DNA of 63,614 nt, counting the filler, from Choristocarpus tenellus KU-1152 (taxonomy: Eukaryota; Protista; Phaeophyceae), in the NCBI GenBank assembly GCA_964200185.2. It is 11 parts of 11 records of this genome, joined end to end, with 100 filler letters (N's around TTAATTAATTAA, not from the genome) between each part and the next. Parts side by side here need not be neighbours in the genome. Positions count along the whole stretch, not along the records: positions 7,824 to 13,884 come from CAXNAD020009041.1; positions 13,985 to 17,903 come from CAXNAD020017149.1; positions 18,004 to 22,370 come from CAXNAD020014883.1; positions 22,471 to 27,913 come from CAXNAD020010759.1; 7 more parts are not named here. One strand, 5' to 3'. The notes under the pieces were generated by a model. That model saw only the letters and a list, made by a program, of their open reading frames with translations. It had not been told where the DNA came from and did not search any database. The position numbers and the translations under genes are program-made. This document shows positions 13,573-25,332 of this stretch, piece by piece (positions within the stretch are counted from its first letter, which is position 1; every line of letters starts with the position of its first letter).

Positions 13573-13830
13573 GAGTCAAAGTATCTTAGAAGGTAGAGCC
13601 GCGTCCATTTGGGGGCCAAAATCCAATGTTGCGATTTTGATGTAATGTTGGCCATCGTGTTTGTTAGGAAGTGTCAATATCCATGTTCTGGACACACCTT
13701 TTCATAATATATACATTTTACCTACTCTGAAACATTTTGGAGCAGGATATGTCATAAAAAACCCATGGGAAGCTAAGCCCCAAAATGGACAAACAGGGCA
13801 AACCTCGTACCCTCTAAGATACTTTCACTC
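13573..13830. mobile_element. MITE-A
   Basis: GAGTCAAAGTATCTTAGAAGGTA...TACCCTCTAAGATACTTTCACTC; 3-bp TSD CCA. Confidence 0.95.
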
Positions 13831-14176
13831 CCACATCTCTGTCGGAGGTGCATGTACTCCTCCTCATCCAAGTCAGATTGAACANNNNNNNNNNNNNNNN
13901 NNNNNNNNNNNNNNNNNNNNNNNNNNNNTTAATTAATTAANNNNNNNNNNNNNNNNNNNNNNNNNNNNNNNNNNNNNNNNNNNNCAGATACTTTGACCCA
14001 GACCATCGCCGAGGAAACAGAGTAGTGCAGAAGAAAGTGCACACAACATAACTGTGCACACCCTACAGCAGCTTCCATCTTTGTTGATTGAGACCAGCAC
14101 TCCTGTTCAGAAGCACCTTAAGAGCACACTTCAAGTCCGGAGCAATCAACAGCAACATCATGAAAGCAAGCCCTAA

Positions 14177-14357
14177 GGCCAAACGTATCTGGGAGGAGGA
14201 GGTCTACACCAGGGTGTCCATTTGATCGAAATCAGGAAAGGTGCATTTACATTATCCATCCAACGGACGCAACCAAATCACCCAAATATTGCGACATGAA
14301 AGAATTGACCCCAAATGTACAACCGCCACCCCCCCCCCCACCCAGATACTTTGGGCC
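14177..14357. mobile_element. MITE-B
   Basis: GGCCAAACGTATCTGGGAGG...CCCAGATACTTTGGGCC; TSD TAA; followed by (CCCTAA)n. Confidence 0.85.
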
Positions 14358-14451
14358 TAACCCTAACCCTAACCCCTTTTTGGAGTAATTAGTAAGAATA
14401 GAAGAAGAAAAAGATGCAACTGATCCAACCTAGTCCGTGGGATTTTCTTGC

Positions 14452-17400
14452 CTGCTCCTGGTTGGACCTTGCAGGGGGCAATGTAAGGTGCATGAAGCAC
14501 GACGTTCTAGATGTATTGGAGGTGCCATTGCGGCTTGAGTCTTCGTCTACCTCAGCCTGAATGGTCTGCACACAATGAAAGTTTCGAAGGTCCCACACCT
14601 GGAGCGTGTGCAACCAACCCACAGTCGACTTTGAAGTTTGTTTCACTGCACTGCAAGGTCAAGCCGTGAATTCATCTGGTTATTGCGCTGAGTCGAACTC
14701 AGCACCCCTGGTCGCTCAGGTCATAGACAGTCTGTGGATGGTTAACATGAGCGTATAAAGAAGAGGTCTATACTGCTTGTGCTGGAAAAAAACGGAAAAA
14801 TTGGGGTATGAGGGACATGATACGAAAGGTAACAAGCAAGCACAAATGCCATTAGAAGAGCTTGGTTGCCACACTCAGCCAATAGGATTAACCCAATCTG
14901 CAAACCACCCCTACCCCCATAATCTTGGTATTTTCATTATGGATAATCATTAAGCAACTCAACATGGCAGGATAGGAAGGAGCGTGGCAAAGGATCCATA
15001 AACAGGGGGGAAATGTGTAGTGCAATATTATAGCACACCTTGATAACACCTCCACTGTCGGCAGTGACCAACTCAGGGCTGTTTTCCACGGCCTGACAGC
15101 CCACAAGGGATGAGCTGTGCCCCTTGAGCTTGTAGAGCAATGAGTTTACGAAGGGAGACCTTAGTGGTATGAATTTGGGTTGAGAGTTAGGTGAGGTCAA
15201 GTGCAGGAAGGTTGTCAGCATTTGGAAAGGACTAACATTTTTCGAATGTAGGTTACAAGTATTGAGCCCATTACTGCTGGCCGTGTTTCCTGGCTCTCCC
15301 TCAATAGGTGAGGAGTGTCGCTTGAACCAAAGCATCTTAGAGGGTAGAGCCGTGTCCATTTGGTGGTCAAAATCCACTGTTGCGATTTTGATGTAATTTT
15401 GGCTATCGTGTTTGTTAGGAAGTGTAAATATCTACGTTTTGGACACACCTTTTCATAATGCATATATTTTACCTACTCCGAAACATTTTGGAGTAGGAAA
15501 ATGCCATAAAAAGCCATGGGAAGCCAAGTCCCAAATGAACAAACAGGGCAAAACCCATACCCTCTGAGATACTTTCACTCGCTTACATGGCTATGGAGAG
15601 CCAGTTTGTTGTAATTTCACCAGCATAGTCATTATGAATGTATCACCAGGCCTATAGTATCCTAGAGTGGGGAGGTTGCTAGCCCATGTTGTCCATTCAG
15701 GGCTTGATGGGGTGTTGTAAGACACCTCAGTTTAATGCCCGAATTGCGTTCATTTTTATTGGGTTTGATCCAGGCAGGGAGATGAAAAAGGAAGGAGGTG
15801 CATTCAGATGAAGGAAGGTGCCCTTCAATCTGACACATTCACTAAAATGACATCGAAATCACTACAGGGTCACACGGGCCCCAATGGACGCCTGACCCCT
15901 TCTCTAGGATACTACAAGCCACCACCAGCTGACAGCTTGATTCCTTCCATACAAGGCCGTTGGACTGTTTTTGAGAGTAGCTTATGACCATTTCTACTCC
16001 CCAAATGCGATCATAGGTAGGTCTAGGCTGGTCATGCACTTTGAGTTATGTTGCTCACCACACATAAGCTTCATGATCGAAACCAGCAGACACAAGGCAA
16101 CGATAATCAGCGGAGTAGCTCAAGGAGTGTACTCCCTTGCAGCATGTGGTGTGTCCAGCAAGCGAGGCACAGTGCAATCAGTTTGCAGTATGGTGTCAGA
16201 CACAATACACATTTTACGGGAGAGGGAGGAAGCAGCATGGTTAGTGGGAATGCAGGACTCGAGCAGGATTACCCCTGTTACTGCAATGGGTTTGGGGACT
16301 GGCGTCTCTGCTGTCTCTTGCAACTGAATGTTTAGGAGGAGGTTTCCTGGAACTATGACAGGCACCCATGCTGAACTAATAATAGGGATCTTGTATCAAG
16401 GACTCGCACACACCAAGGTTGAGTGTGGGTTCACACACCCAAATCGGCATCGAAATCAGCACCACCCCACACAAGTCACAATTAGATAGTGATAGACTAA
16501 ATGGCCACCTTGATGTGTCCCAGAAGAGTATGCACAGGTTTTTCAGTGTATGTATCCCATATTCGAATACTGGTGTCGAGGCTAGCCGACATGAGATTGC
16601 CCAGAGACTTCATCACGATCATGCCCATTACGATGTCTGAGTGACCCTTCAGAGTCACCATTTCCTGGCGAGCATTAATGTCCCAACCTTCATTAAAGGT
16701 CGGGACAGGGCAACATTCATGCAGCAGGCGCAGAAATTCCAGCTCAATTAGCACTGCCCATGTTGTGCTATGACAATCATTGCACATCTATTGACTGGTG
16801 TCATTGCTGTTGTGCAGTTGTGCTAACTTCAGTCCCTGTGAAGATGCAGTCTTGCACACAAGAGCATCCCACGGTTGAATCAATCAACCAGATGTCCACT
16901 TTGATGCGAACGCCATGGAGGCTAGAAAGTCTTAAGGACTTGTATCCTAGATGGTAGGGGGGGGGCGTTAGCCCAGGTCATCCATTGGGGGCTTGATGGG
17001 GTATCGTAAAACAACCCAGTTTGATGCCCGTTTTTGACAGTGATTTTCATTCAGACTTGACCCAGGCTGGGGGATGGAAAAGGAAGGTGCATTTAGATGA
17101 AGGAAATTTCCCTTACATCAGATACGTTCAGTCAAATGACATCAAAATCACTAAAGGATCACAGAGGTTAACCCTAACCCTAAGAATGAACGCCTGATCC
17201 CGTTGCTAGGGTACTATGGGCCTCTATTGACCTTGTGCAAAATAGCACACACAATACGAGACTGCTATATGACTCTCTTAGAGCTGTAGAAGTGAAGGAT
17301 AGGCCATTGGTCACAGGGAAAAAAATGAAGATCCCCTACAGACCAAAAAGGTGGTACAAAGCAGTCCCACAAGGACCCAGTCCTGCGTGAAACAACTGAC

Positions 17401-17639
17401 ATGATATGAAGCAGCAGTTTCACACCTTGGATGGTACCAGTGGTTGTCCCCGAATAGAGCAAGTTGTGGGACGTGGACCAACACATAGACATGGTCGCAT
17501 GCTTCGTGGGCCACCGACTCTTGAGAGTATAATGCTTGATAGAAGGGACGTCATCAAGGTTCCAGTGAAGCATTGTCATATCGGCACTAGCAGTGACCAG
17601 CGTGTGGTAGTCACTGCAGTAGGTCATGGCTAGAGGCAC
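14452..17639 (-). CDS. WD40-repeat protein (WDR49/WDR64-like), internal exons
   Basis: Phase-consistent exons 17639-17426, 16687-16509, 16135-16059, 15159-15039 and 14598 to about 14452. Joined translation includes LVTASADMTMLHW, LKGHSDIV..SASLDTSIRIWD, LLGHIKGVHSLSY..LVSAGFDHEAYVWSPF, LKGHSSSLVG..VTADSGGVIKVWDLRNFHCVQT. The last donor is uncertain (possible GC donor). Confidence 0.88.
15324..15580. mobile_element. MITE-A, intronic
   Basis: TIRs; 4-bp TSD GCTT. Confidence 0.95.
15649..15920. mobile_element. MITE-C, intronic
   Basis: TIR GGCCTATAGTATCCTAGAG / CTCTAGGATACTACAAGCC; 4-bp TSD ACCA. Confidence 0.88.
16934..17222. mobile_element. MITE-C, second copy, with internal telomeric insertion
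   Basis: Colinear with 15649-15920 along its length; left boundary approximate. Confidence 0.82.
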
Positions 17640-18003
17640 CTGGATGGGGAAGGTTTCCAAGATTTAGCTGGCATTACGAGCAGTCTAACACAAGAGATTC
17701 AGAGCTATCCGGAAGTGGATGGATGCCTTGTAATTTAAAAGCCCCTTTTTTTTCGGAGTACCACCAATGTCCTCACGGGGTTCAATACAAAACCACCAAA
17801 AGTAGATGCACGCAAGTGTGCGTATTCAGTTGGGCATGCCGTTGATATCCCCCCCTTCCCCCAAAAAAGAACCCTCTTCCTACGAAACAGTCTCTCACCC
17901 CCANNNNNNNNNNNNNNNNNNNNNNNNNNNNNNNNNNNNNNNNNNNNTTAATTAATTAANNNNNNNNNNNNNNNNNNNNNNNNNNNNNNNNNNNNNNNNN
18001 NNN

Positions 18004-18158
18004 TGATGGTGCAGTGACAGGCACTTGGAAGTACAGATGTTAGGAAGGCAAGGAACCAATTCGATTCTCAACATGGAGGGTCATGATGCACCTGTAACAT
18101 GTATGGTCTTCGTACCACTCCCAGTGAAACATGTTGTTCAACAGTGGTCAACAGACAG
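18004..18158 (+). pseudogene. Possible degenerate WD40 exon
   Basis: ILNMEGHDAPVTCMVF followed by a strong GTAAGT donor; flanking WD40-like residues fall in different frames. Confidence 0.4.
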
Positions 18159-19539
18159 GTAAGTAAAGCAACATGAGATGCACACTGCCTGCATGCAAAT
18201 GTCAAACTCCTTCTATCATCACCAACAGCATACAACATGAACAATAATCACTCCCACCCCAAAGGTATGAACGTTTTGTGTAGTCCACGATGAGTGGTAT
18301 TTGGAAACCACACAAGTAACACAAGAAAGAGAGTGTAATTGTACTGACCGTGATACTGAATTGTAGAGTCACCTTTCAGTGAAGAAAGAACATCACAGGA
18401 GGTATGATGGAAAGTCGTTGAAGGGATTCATCATCCAATAGATACGAAAAAAGTCACATACTTGTCTAGGAGAAAATGACTTTCGATTAAATTGAATCAG
18501 CCTTTGTGTACTTCTCAACGTGGTCATTCTTCACTACACAACCGGTGAAACAGCCAGTAAAATCCTTTCCGCAGACAACTGTGATGTCCTGGAAGATTGT
18601 GTGACGAATTCATCTAACAGCCACCCTTATGCCAGACGGCAACAACCCATCCATCTCCAATGTAGATAAAATTCGATAGTCCGTCCTTTAAGGCTTGTCA
18701 GCCATCTCCATCCTGGGATGTTTTGATCCAAATATTTACCTCAATCCTATCCCTTTGGGTCCAGTTGGTCACTCCATTCTTGAAATGTCTTGATTAATGT
18801 GATGATCTCCAAAATTAAACTCGAGGAGTCCTGTCGGCCAACCTACCCTGAAGTATCCCGATTAAGGAACTCTCCAAGACTCATATGTGCTGGAATCCTG
18901 CCCACCAAGTCGTCTCTGAAATCCCTCCATCAAACTGATTCAGAAATTTCAACTGATGAAATGCGCCTGGCCAAGTCACCCCTTCAATATAATTTTCAAA
19001 GAATGCTCCAACAGGTTTTTCCTGAAGACCGTTATTTGTGTTAGTATGGAAGAAAAGAAAAGAAAGAGATGGGAGCCTCTCACAATCCCCCCTACCTGAA
19101 CGTGATGAGGTGGTTGAAAAGAGAAGAGTGATAAAATTAGAGATGGTGGGGCTTGGCTGAGCACCAGTTGCTTCCAAAAGGAATCACTGAAACTGAACAC
19201 TTACAACGCTTCTAGAATACTCCAACAAGATATAGAATTAGAAAGTCTCGAACAAGTGGACATCAAAACCCAGAGTTGATTTTCTATAAATATCTCGCTA
19301 AGATATGAAATATGAACCGGAATACTTTCGGTTACATAGCACTGTAATTCATGCATACATACGATATTCTTCACAATAATACACCCACTTAGCCTCAGCC
19401 ACTTCCTGATCTAAGCCATATCCAAAGCTCAGCTGAGGTATTCTGCTCAATACCCTGCCCACCAATACTCATCCCGTTCCTCCAACCACCCATACTCATC
19501 TTCTTCTTCCTAATCTAATTCATGTCCAGGGATCAGCTA

Positions 19540-20640
19540 CTTAAACTCAGCCAGCCACACTATTTCACCTACTTTCCGGATGAACATCCCTCCGAGCGTG
19601 AGTTCTCGGGAGGCTTTCAGGCCACCTAACCCCACCCAAAGGCTGATTGAAGTCATATCCAAAGGTCAGCTGCCTGAGCTCAGTGGGCCACGCTACTCCA
19701 TGTACTGGCTGATTGAACCCATGACCAAAAGCAAGCTGTTGCACTCTGTGAACTGCTTGATCAAAACTATTGCCGAACTTCAGCACCTGCAGACCCGTTG
19801 GCCACTGCACCTCATCCACGGCCTGATGAAGTAAACCCCAAAGATCAGCTGCTTGAGCTCAGCCGGCCACGCTACTCCATTTACTGGCTGGTTGAACATA
19901 TGTCCAAAAGCAAGCTCTCGAAGCCCAGAAGGACACTTCACTCGGTCAACTGGTTGATTGAATACATCGCCGAACCTCAGCACTTGCAGACCCGTTGGCC
20001 ACTGTACCTCATCCACTCCCTGATCGAAGCCATCCCCAAAGGTCAGCTGCTTGAGCTCAGCCGGCCACGCTACTCCATTTACTGGCTGGTTGAACCACTC
20101 TCCAAAAGCAAGCTGTTGAAGTACAGAAGGCCACTTCACTCTGTCAACTGCTTGATTGAAACAAAACCCGAACCTCAGCACCTGCAGCCCCGTTGGCCAT
20201 TGTACCTCATCGACTGACTGATTGAAGTCATCACCAAAGGCTAACTGTTGGAGTCGTGACGGCCACAATACGCCATCTAGTACCCTGTCGAATCGGTCAC
20301 CAAAGCTCAGCTGTGGGATATCAGTAGGAAAACCAACAATGGTGAAAGTCTGCCTTTCCTTGGACAACAAGGCCAGTTCGTTGAGATCCCACTTCAGTCC
20401 ATTCACACAAAGAGCAGGAATACGAGATGATCTCTTTCTCTTCCTCCCCAGCAGTAGTCCAAAACTTGCAAGGATTCCAGGGGGCGTATCCAACTTAACT
20501 TTCACATGAAACCCCACCCTCTGGCGACACTCATTGCAGACGGCTAAGCTGATCAATTGAAGGTCATTGATACGTCCAGCCCGAATAAAGCCAGAGTTAG
20601 CCACGAGGCCTAGCATTAAATGGCACTGTTCTCTCGGCAT
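19540..20640 (-). pseudogene. FNIP-type 22-aa repeat protein, intronless, frameshifted
   Basis: About 12 repeats of LxxLxFGxxFNQPVxxVxWP; 1-bp deletion at about 19827, 18-bp in-frame deletion, second frameshift at about 19609. Confidence 0.9.
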
Positions 20641-22344
20641 ACCCTGAGTGAGTTCTGGGACAAGACTGTGTGGTTGGTTCCTTTTGGGGGTGGATGGGTT
20701 TCACATTGGATGCATGTTATGGTAGATGATTTTGAGGGAGTATTCAAACTTCCTACAAACCTTTCAATAATATGAAATAATGTCAATTGTTTGTACCTTA
20801 CACATTCTGATGCATGGATGGACCAATAGATTGTTTCATTCTTAATGGTTTGATTGATAGATTGGTAGATTCTCAGATCAGATAGATTTGATGTATTTAT
20901 GGAGTATAATGATGTACTTATGTTGGAAGTGATACTATAAAGAAAGAATAAACACTTGGGACATATTGTGTAAGTGGAAGGTATCTTCACCATACTCCAA
21001 CTTGTGGTCAGTGAGGGAATACAAAAGAGAGTAGAAAATGAGATAGGACGTTGATGTCAAACAGGTAGAAACCAACAAACAGGTTCTTCAGACTGGAGAG
21101 GAACGGGAAGACTCACGGGAGGAATGGAAGGGAAAGAGACAAGGAAAGAGGGTAAATAAGTCTCAGAAGGTCAATCTGGAAAGAAGTGACAAGTGAAGTG
21201 AATGAGGGGGGGGGGTTATCCTCCATTCAACAACCCAATTATTCGTATCATCAGGAAGCAATGATATTGGGCAATGGGGAAACAGAACTCTGAGGTATAA
21301 AGCTTCTAAAGGACGGGCACTCTAAAATATATATCTTGGCAGGAAGGTGACTATCACATATCTATGAAACAAGAAATGGTATAGATGTATCAGTCAAGAC
21401 AAGAGACAGCGATAACAAAACAATAAGCAGAATAAGAACCACAACGCAGGGATCAGGTCCAGCAATAAGGACCACAAGTGGCTCAAGAAAAGGAGCACAT
21501 TATATACATATTATGATCTTCAGAGTATCTACGCTATACACTCACACATACTTTCTATAAATACTTTCTAGAGACCCTTATCTATTGTTATCTTTATTGC
21601 TTTAAGGATCCTTAACCAACCTTTTCAACCCCTCCCACACATATGTACTGTGTATAACCAAGAAATTCCTGTACGTTTATCGGTCTGTATCTGTCGGTCT
21701 GTCTGTTCTGTCTGTGCATTACCAGTGCCAGCTCTCTCGTGTAAATACCGTACAAAACCAAGTTATTCCTGTCAGTCCCAACATACCTTTCTGGTGCCAG
21801 CTCTCACTCTCATGTTCACCTGTTGTGTACTCGCGCACACTTGTTCCACAAATGAACAGACCACTCTGGGAGGGACTGGACTCCTCCCGTGAAGTTGTGT
21901 GTCGCAGAGGGGAAGAGAGGGGAGAGAGTAGTGTGCCTTCTTACGTCATCATTGTGCTTAAGGGGATCTTGTGTTGATGGGAAGGTATTGTATTGATATG
22001 TGACCGACAGATGAACTATAACATTAACAAAAATAGGACTAAAACTTCAAACAACAACTCGCAAAGAGAAAACACAGCTCTATGAAGCTGGTGCTGGGAG
22101 GTAGAGGCAGACAGACAGATGGATGAACGCAAATTCTTCGACTTATATCGTACACATGTGAGAGATGAAAAAGCAGCTGTAATTCCTATCCCTTCATCCG
22201 CCTATCCATCTGTTTGTACGTCCCAGTACCAGTTCCATATTTTTTTAGAGTTTTTTGGTAAACTGTATCAAGTTGATTCCTATTATTCCCCAAATAGGTC
22301 CTTACCAATCTCCTAGGCCCCTCTCATGTACGTACCTTCTAAGA

Positions 22345-22370
22345 GGGTCAAAGTATATCTGGGAGGGGGG
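22345..22370. mobile_element. MITE-B terminus at contig end
   Basis: GGGTCAAAGTATATCTGGGAGGGGGG. Confidence 0.6.
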
Positions 22371-22528
22371 NNNNNNNNNNNNNNNNNNNNNNNNNNNNNN
22401 NNNNNNNNNNNNNNTTAATTAATTAANNNNNNNNNNNNNNNNNNNNNNNNNNNNNNNNNNNNNNNNNNNNCCCCCCTCACATATTCAAGTATACAGACCA
22501 CCCCCCCAACCTCTCCATTTCTCTTCAG

Positions 22529-25332
22529 CAAAATCCTTGGGAAAAAATACAGTTCAGTCGCGAATTTTCACTCAAAACACCTCAAGGAGGTGTTAGAAAG
22601 AGTCCAATACGAGACCACAGAAAATGCATACTGTGCCTGCGTCCCGAAAACAAACCTAGCCTACCTCCCGCCTCAGCGCGAGGAGGAGGAGCCTTACACA
22701 TACTCGAAGTCATGTGGGTGCCCAACGGAGTTCATTTGGCGAAAGACTACCATGAAGGATGTGGGCACATGGTTCCAAGGCAATCAGGTAGAGTTTCTCG
22801 CTGGTATCACTACAGGCCTGACAGCTGTGCCAACTGCTGTGGCTTTTGCAATCCTGGCGGGCGTGCAACCCTCTGTGGGACTTCGGGGTACATGGATCAT
22901 CATGCTTATCATGGCAATATTTGGAGGTATATCTTACATTTATGAAGGCAAAATCTTATCTTGCTCACAGATCATAAATTGAAGATGTTGTCAACTGGTG
23001 TGTCATTCATGGCTTTCTTAGATGAGAAAAAATTGTCTTGTTTTGAGGCATCATTCATTCATATTTAGATGAATTGTAGTAATTGTGGAAATAAAGGCTT
23101 GAACACTAACCCATGTACCCCCTTCCCCTCTCCCTTGACACTGCTTTATGTTACATGTACTATGCAGGACGGACAGGGATGGTGTACAGTAACTCTGGTA
23201 GCATGGGTGTAGTGTTGGAGCCATTGGTTGAGGAAGAAGGCACGGAGGCCATGTTCTACGCCTTTGTTCTTGCAGGGATCATCCAGGTGGTACTGGGTTT
23301 TCTTGGGGTGGCGAAACTGCTGCGCCTCATGCCCGTGAGCGTTATGATTGGTTTTGTAAATGGTCTGGCAATTGTACTTTTCCTCGCCCAGATGAAGAAC
23401 TTCCAGACAGGCCTGACGCTTGGGGGTCCTGCAAATGACGGTACACGTTCGAGACGGCTCAACAGCTTCTCAGTGTTCACTGATGGTTCGGAGTGGATAG
23501 AGGGAGAGGATCTGGCGTACACGTTGATGATAGTCTTCATCACAATGGTGGTGATTGTTGTTTACCCCAAATTGACGGAGCGCATCCCTCGCACCCTACG
23601 TGCTCTCAAGTATGTGCCACCCATCCTTGTGGGCATCATTGTGGCAACTATTGTTGAGTGGTCCATTGTACGCGGTGCCCTGGGAGTTGAGACGAACACC
23701 CTGGAGAACGTTGCGAAAGTTAGCGGCTCACTGCCAAACTTTGCCTGGCTGGACAACCAGTGGGACATGCCCCCCCTCGACGGAGACACGTTTTCAACAG
23801 TGGTGTCAACGGCGATTAGTCTCATGGCTGTGGGACTGGTTGAGTCGTTGATGACGGTACGCCTTGTGAATGAGATCACACAGAGTGGGTCCAACATTCA
23901 CCGAGAGGCCATCCTTGGTGGAGTGGGTAACTTTGTTGCTGGCATCTTTGGTGGTCAGGGTGGTAACTCTGAGATCGGACTTACAATGGTGAACCTAGGA
24001 TCTGGTGGGCGGACTAGAATAGCTGCCACGACCTCTGGTTTGCTGGTGCTGGTAGTTGTACTTGTAGCCTACCCACTGATCAATCTTATCCCTCTGGCGG
24101 GGCTTGTTGGAGTTATGCTGGTGATAGCATTCCGGACTTTTGATTGGGGCAGTCTGTTGATGGTGCTTGCAGCTGCCCTGCCCAAGGGTCTACGTGGGTA
24201 CCCCGGAGTCCAGGATAAGAAGATCAGACGCGCTGATGCCTTGATCATTGTGGTAGTTACCGTTGCTACCCCCTTCACCAACCTGGCGATTGCAGTGGGG
24301 CTGGGTATCCTTGTTGCACTGCTGGCATTTGTCTGGCAGAGTGGTGATAACATCAGTGCTCGTACATACTATCGACCGGGGATTGATGTTACAGATCCAG
24401 CCATCATCAAGGTGTACGAGATAGTGGGGCCGCTGTTTTTTGCATCGAGTGATAACTTCCTGGAGCTCTTTGATCACCACAATGACCCGGACCTGGTGGA
24501 ATTGCATTTCCACACAGCAGACATCATTGACTACAGTGCCATGCAGACCCTTCGGACTCTCGGAGAGCGTTACGGCAATGCAGGGAAGCGCCTGCGTCTG
24601 AGGAGAATAAAGAAGGAATCCCTCAAGGTCATTACGTGAGTATGTGTAAGGAAAAAAGTGTTCCAGGTGTACTTGGAGGTTTTGTTCTGTTTTCTATGTG
24701 TAGCCCATGTCTTCAAACTCAGAATAGTTGGAATATGTGACTTCTACCTGGTGAAATTTTTTTTGGCAAGCAAAAAACACCTGCCAGTCCTTTGAGATAA
24801 GTGTTAATGGTTGTGAGGAGTGAGTTCTAGTCTTTTTTATGAACATGCCATTTTCCACAGTGAACGTAAATGCAATCATGGAGAGTCAATATTTTCCTCA
24901 GTCACTCCTATCCAGTGATAGCAGACTTCACATCTTGAGTTCAGGGTTTTTGCTGTGGTACCTAGCTGACTTATGTTAAATTTTTGTAAGTTCCATCCAT
25001 CTATCCTCATAGCTGAGTACTTGTTCCAATACTTTTTTTTGTTTTTCAGAAAGGCGAGTGCTCTGATGGCAGAGCAGCTTGAGGTGGACTTGGAGGACAA
25101 CCCTGAATTGCCTGGACCAGCGCATCGCCTGAACATTCAGAATGCCCACGTATTCCCTTTTTTCGAAAAGGAGGATGGTTTTGGTGATCGCTTCAGGCGC
25201 AAGAGTATGGATGAGAGGGAGGTGAAGGTGCCGCATCCTTCTTTGCTTGAGAATGGAGAGGTCAAAGAGGGTAACAACAATAGGTCGCCAATACATGTGG
25301 GGCATCTCAGGCAGAAATCTGCGGAGGTGTAA
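22529..25332 (+). CDS. SulP/SLC26 family anion transporter with C-terminal STAS domain (5' end probably missing)
   Basis: Phase-consistent exons 22529-22926, 23168-24635 and 25050-25332 (TAA). Motifs FLAGITTGL, AILAGVQPSVGL, FGGRTGM, SVMIGFVNGLAI, GLVESLMT, NLAIAVGLG, GPLFFAS, DYSAMQTL. Confidence 0.93.

Larger units (their letters stand above)
12900..13883 (-). pseudogene. Ty1/Copia reverse transcriptase (RVT_2) fragment interrupted by two MITE-A copies
   Basis: Motifs VQSDLDEEEYM, RLHRSLYGLNEASRTW, GFEQCLIDPCIF, VHVDDM, ITQTNYID; the frame is continuous after removing the MITEs. Confidence 0.92.

Noticed and set aside
13661-13936. Recurrent short ORFs with KYLRG / PKWTRLYPLRYF peptides (also at 8168, 42000, 49065, 50223, 62686)
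   Set aside because: Chance translations of non-coding MITE-A copies, not a protein family
17640-17700. In-frame TAA suggesting the WD40 gene is a pseudogene
   Set aside because: A better acceptor (CCTTCCCCATCCAG) starts the exon at 17639 and places the TAA in the intron
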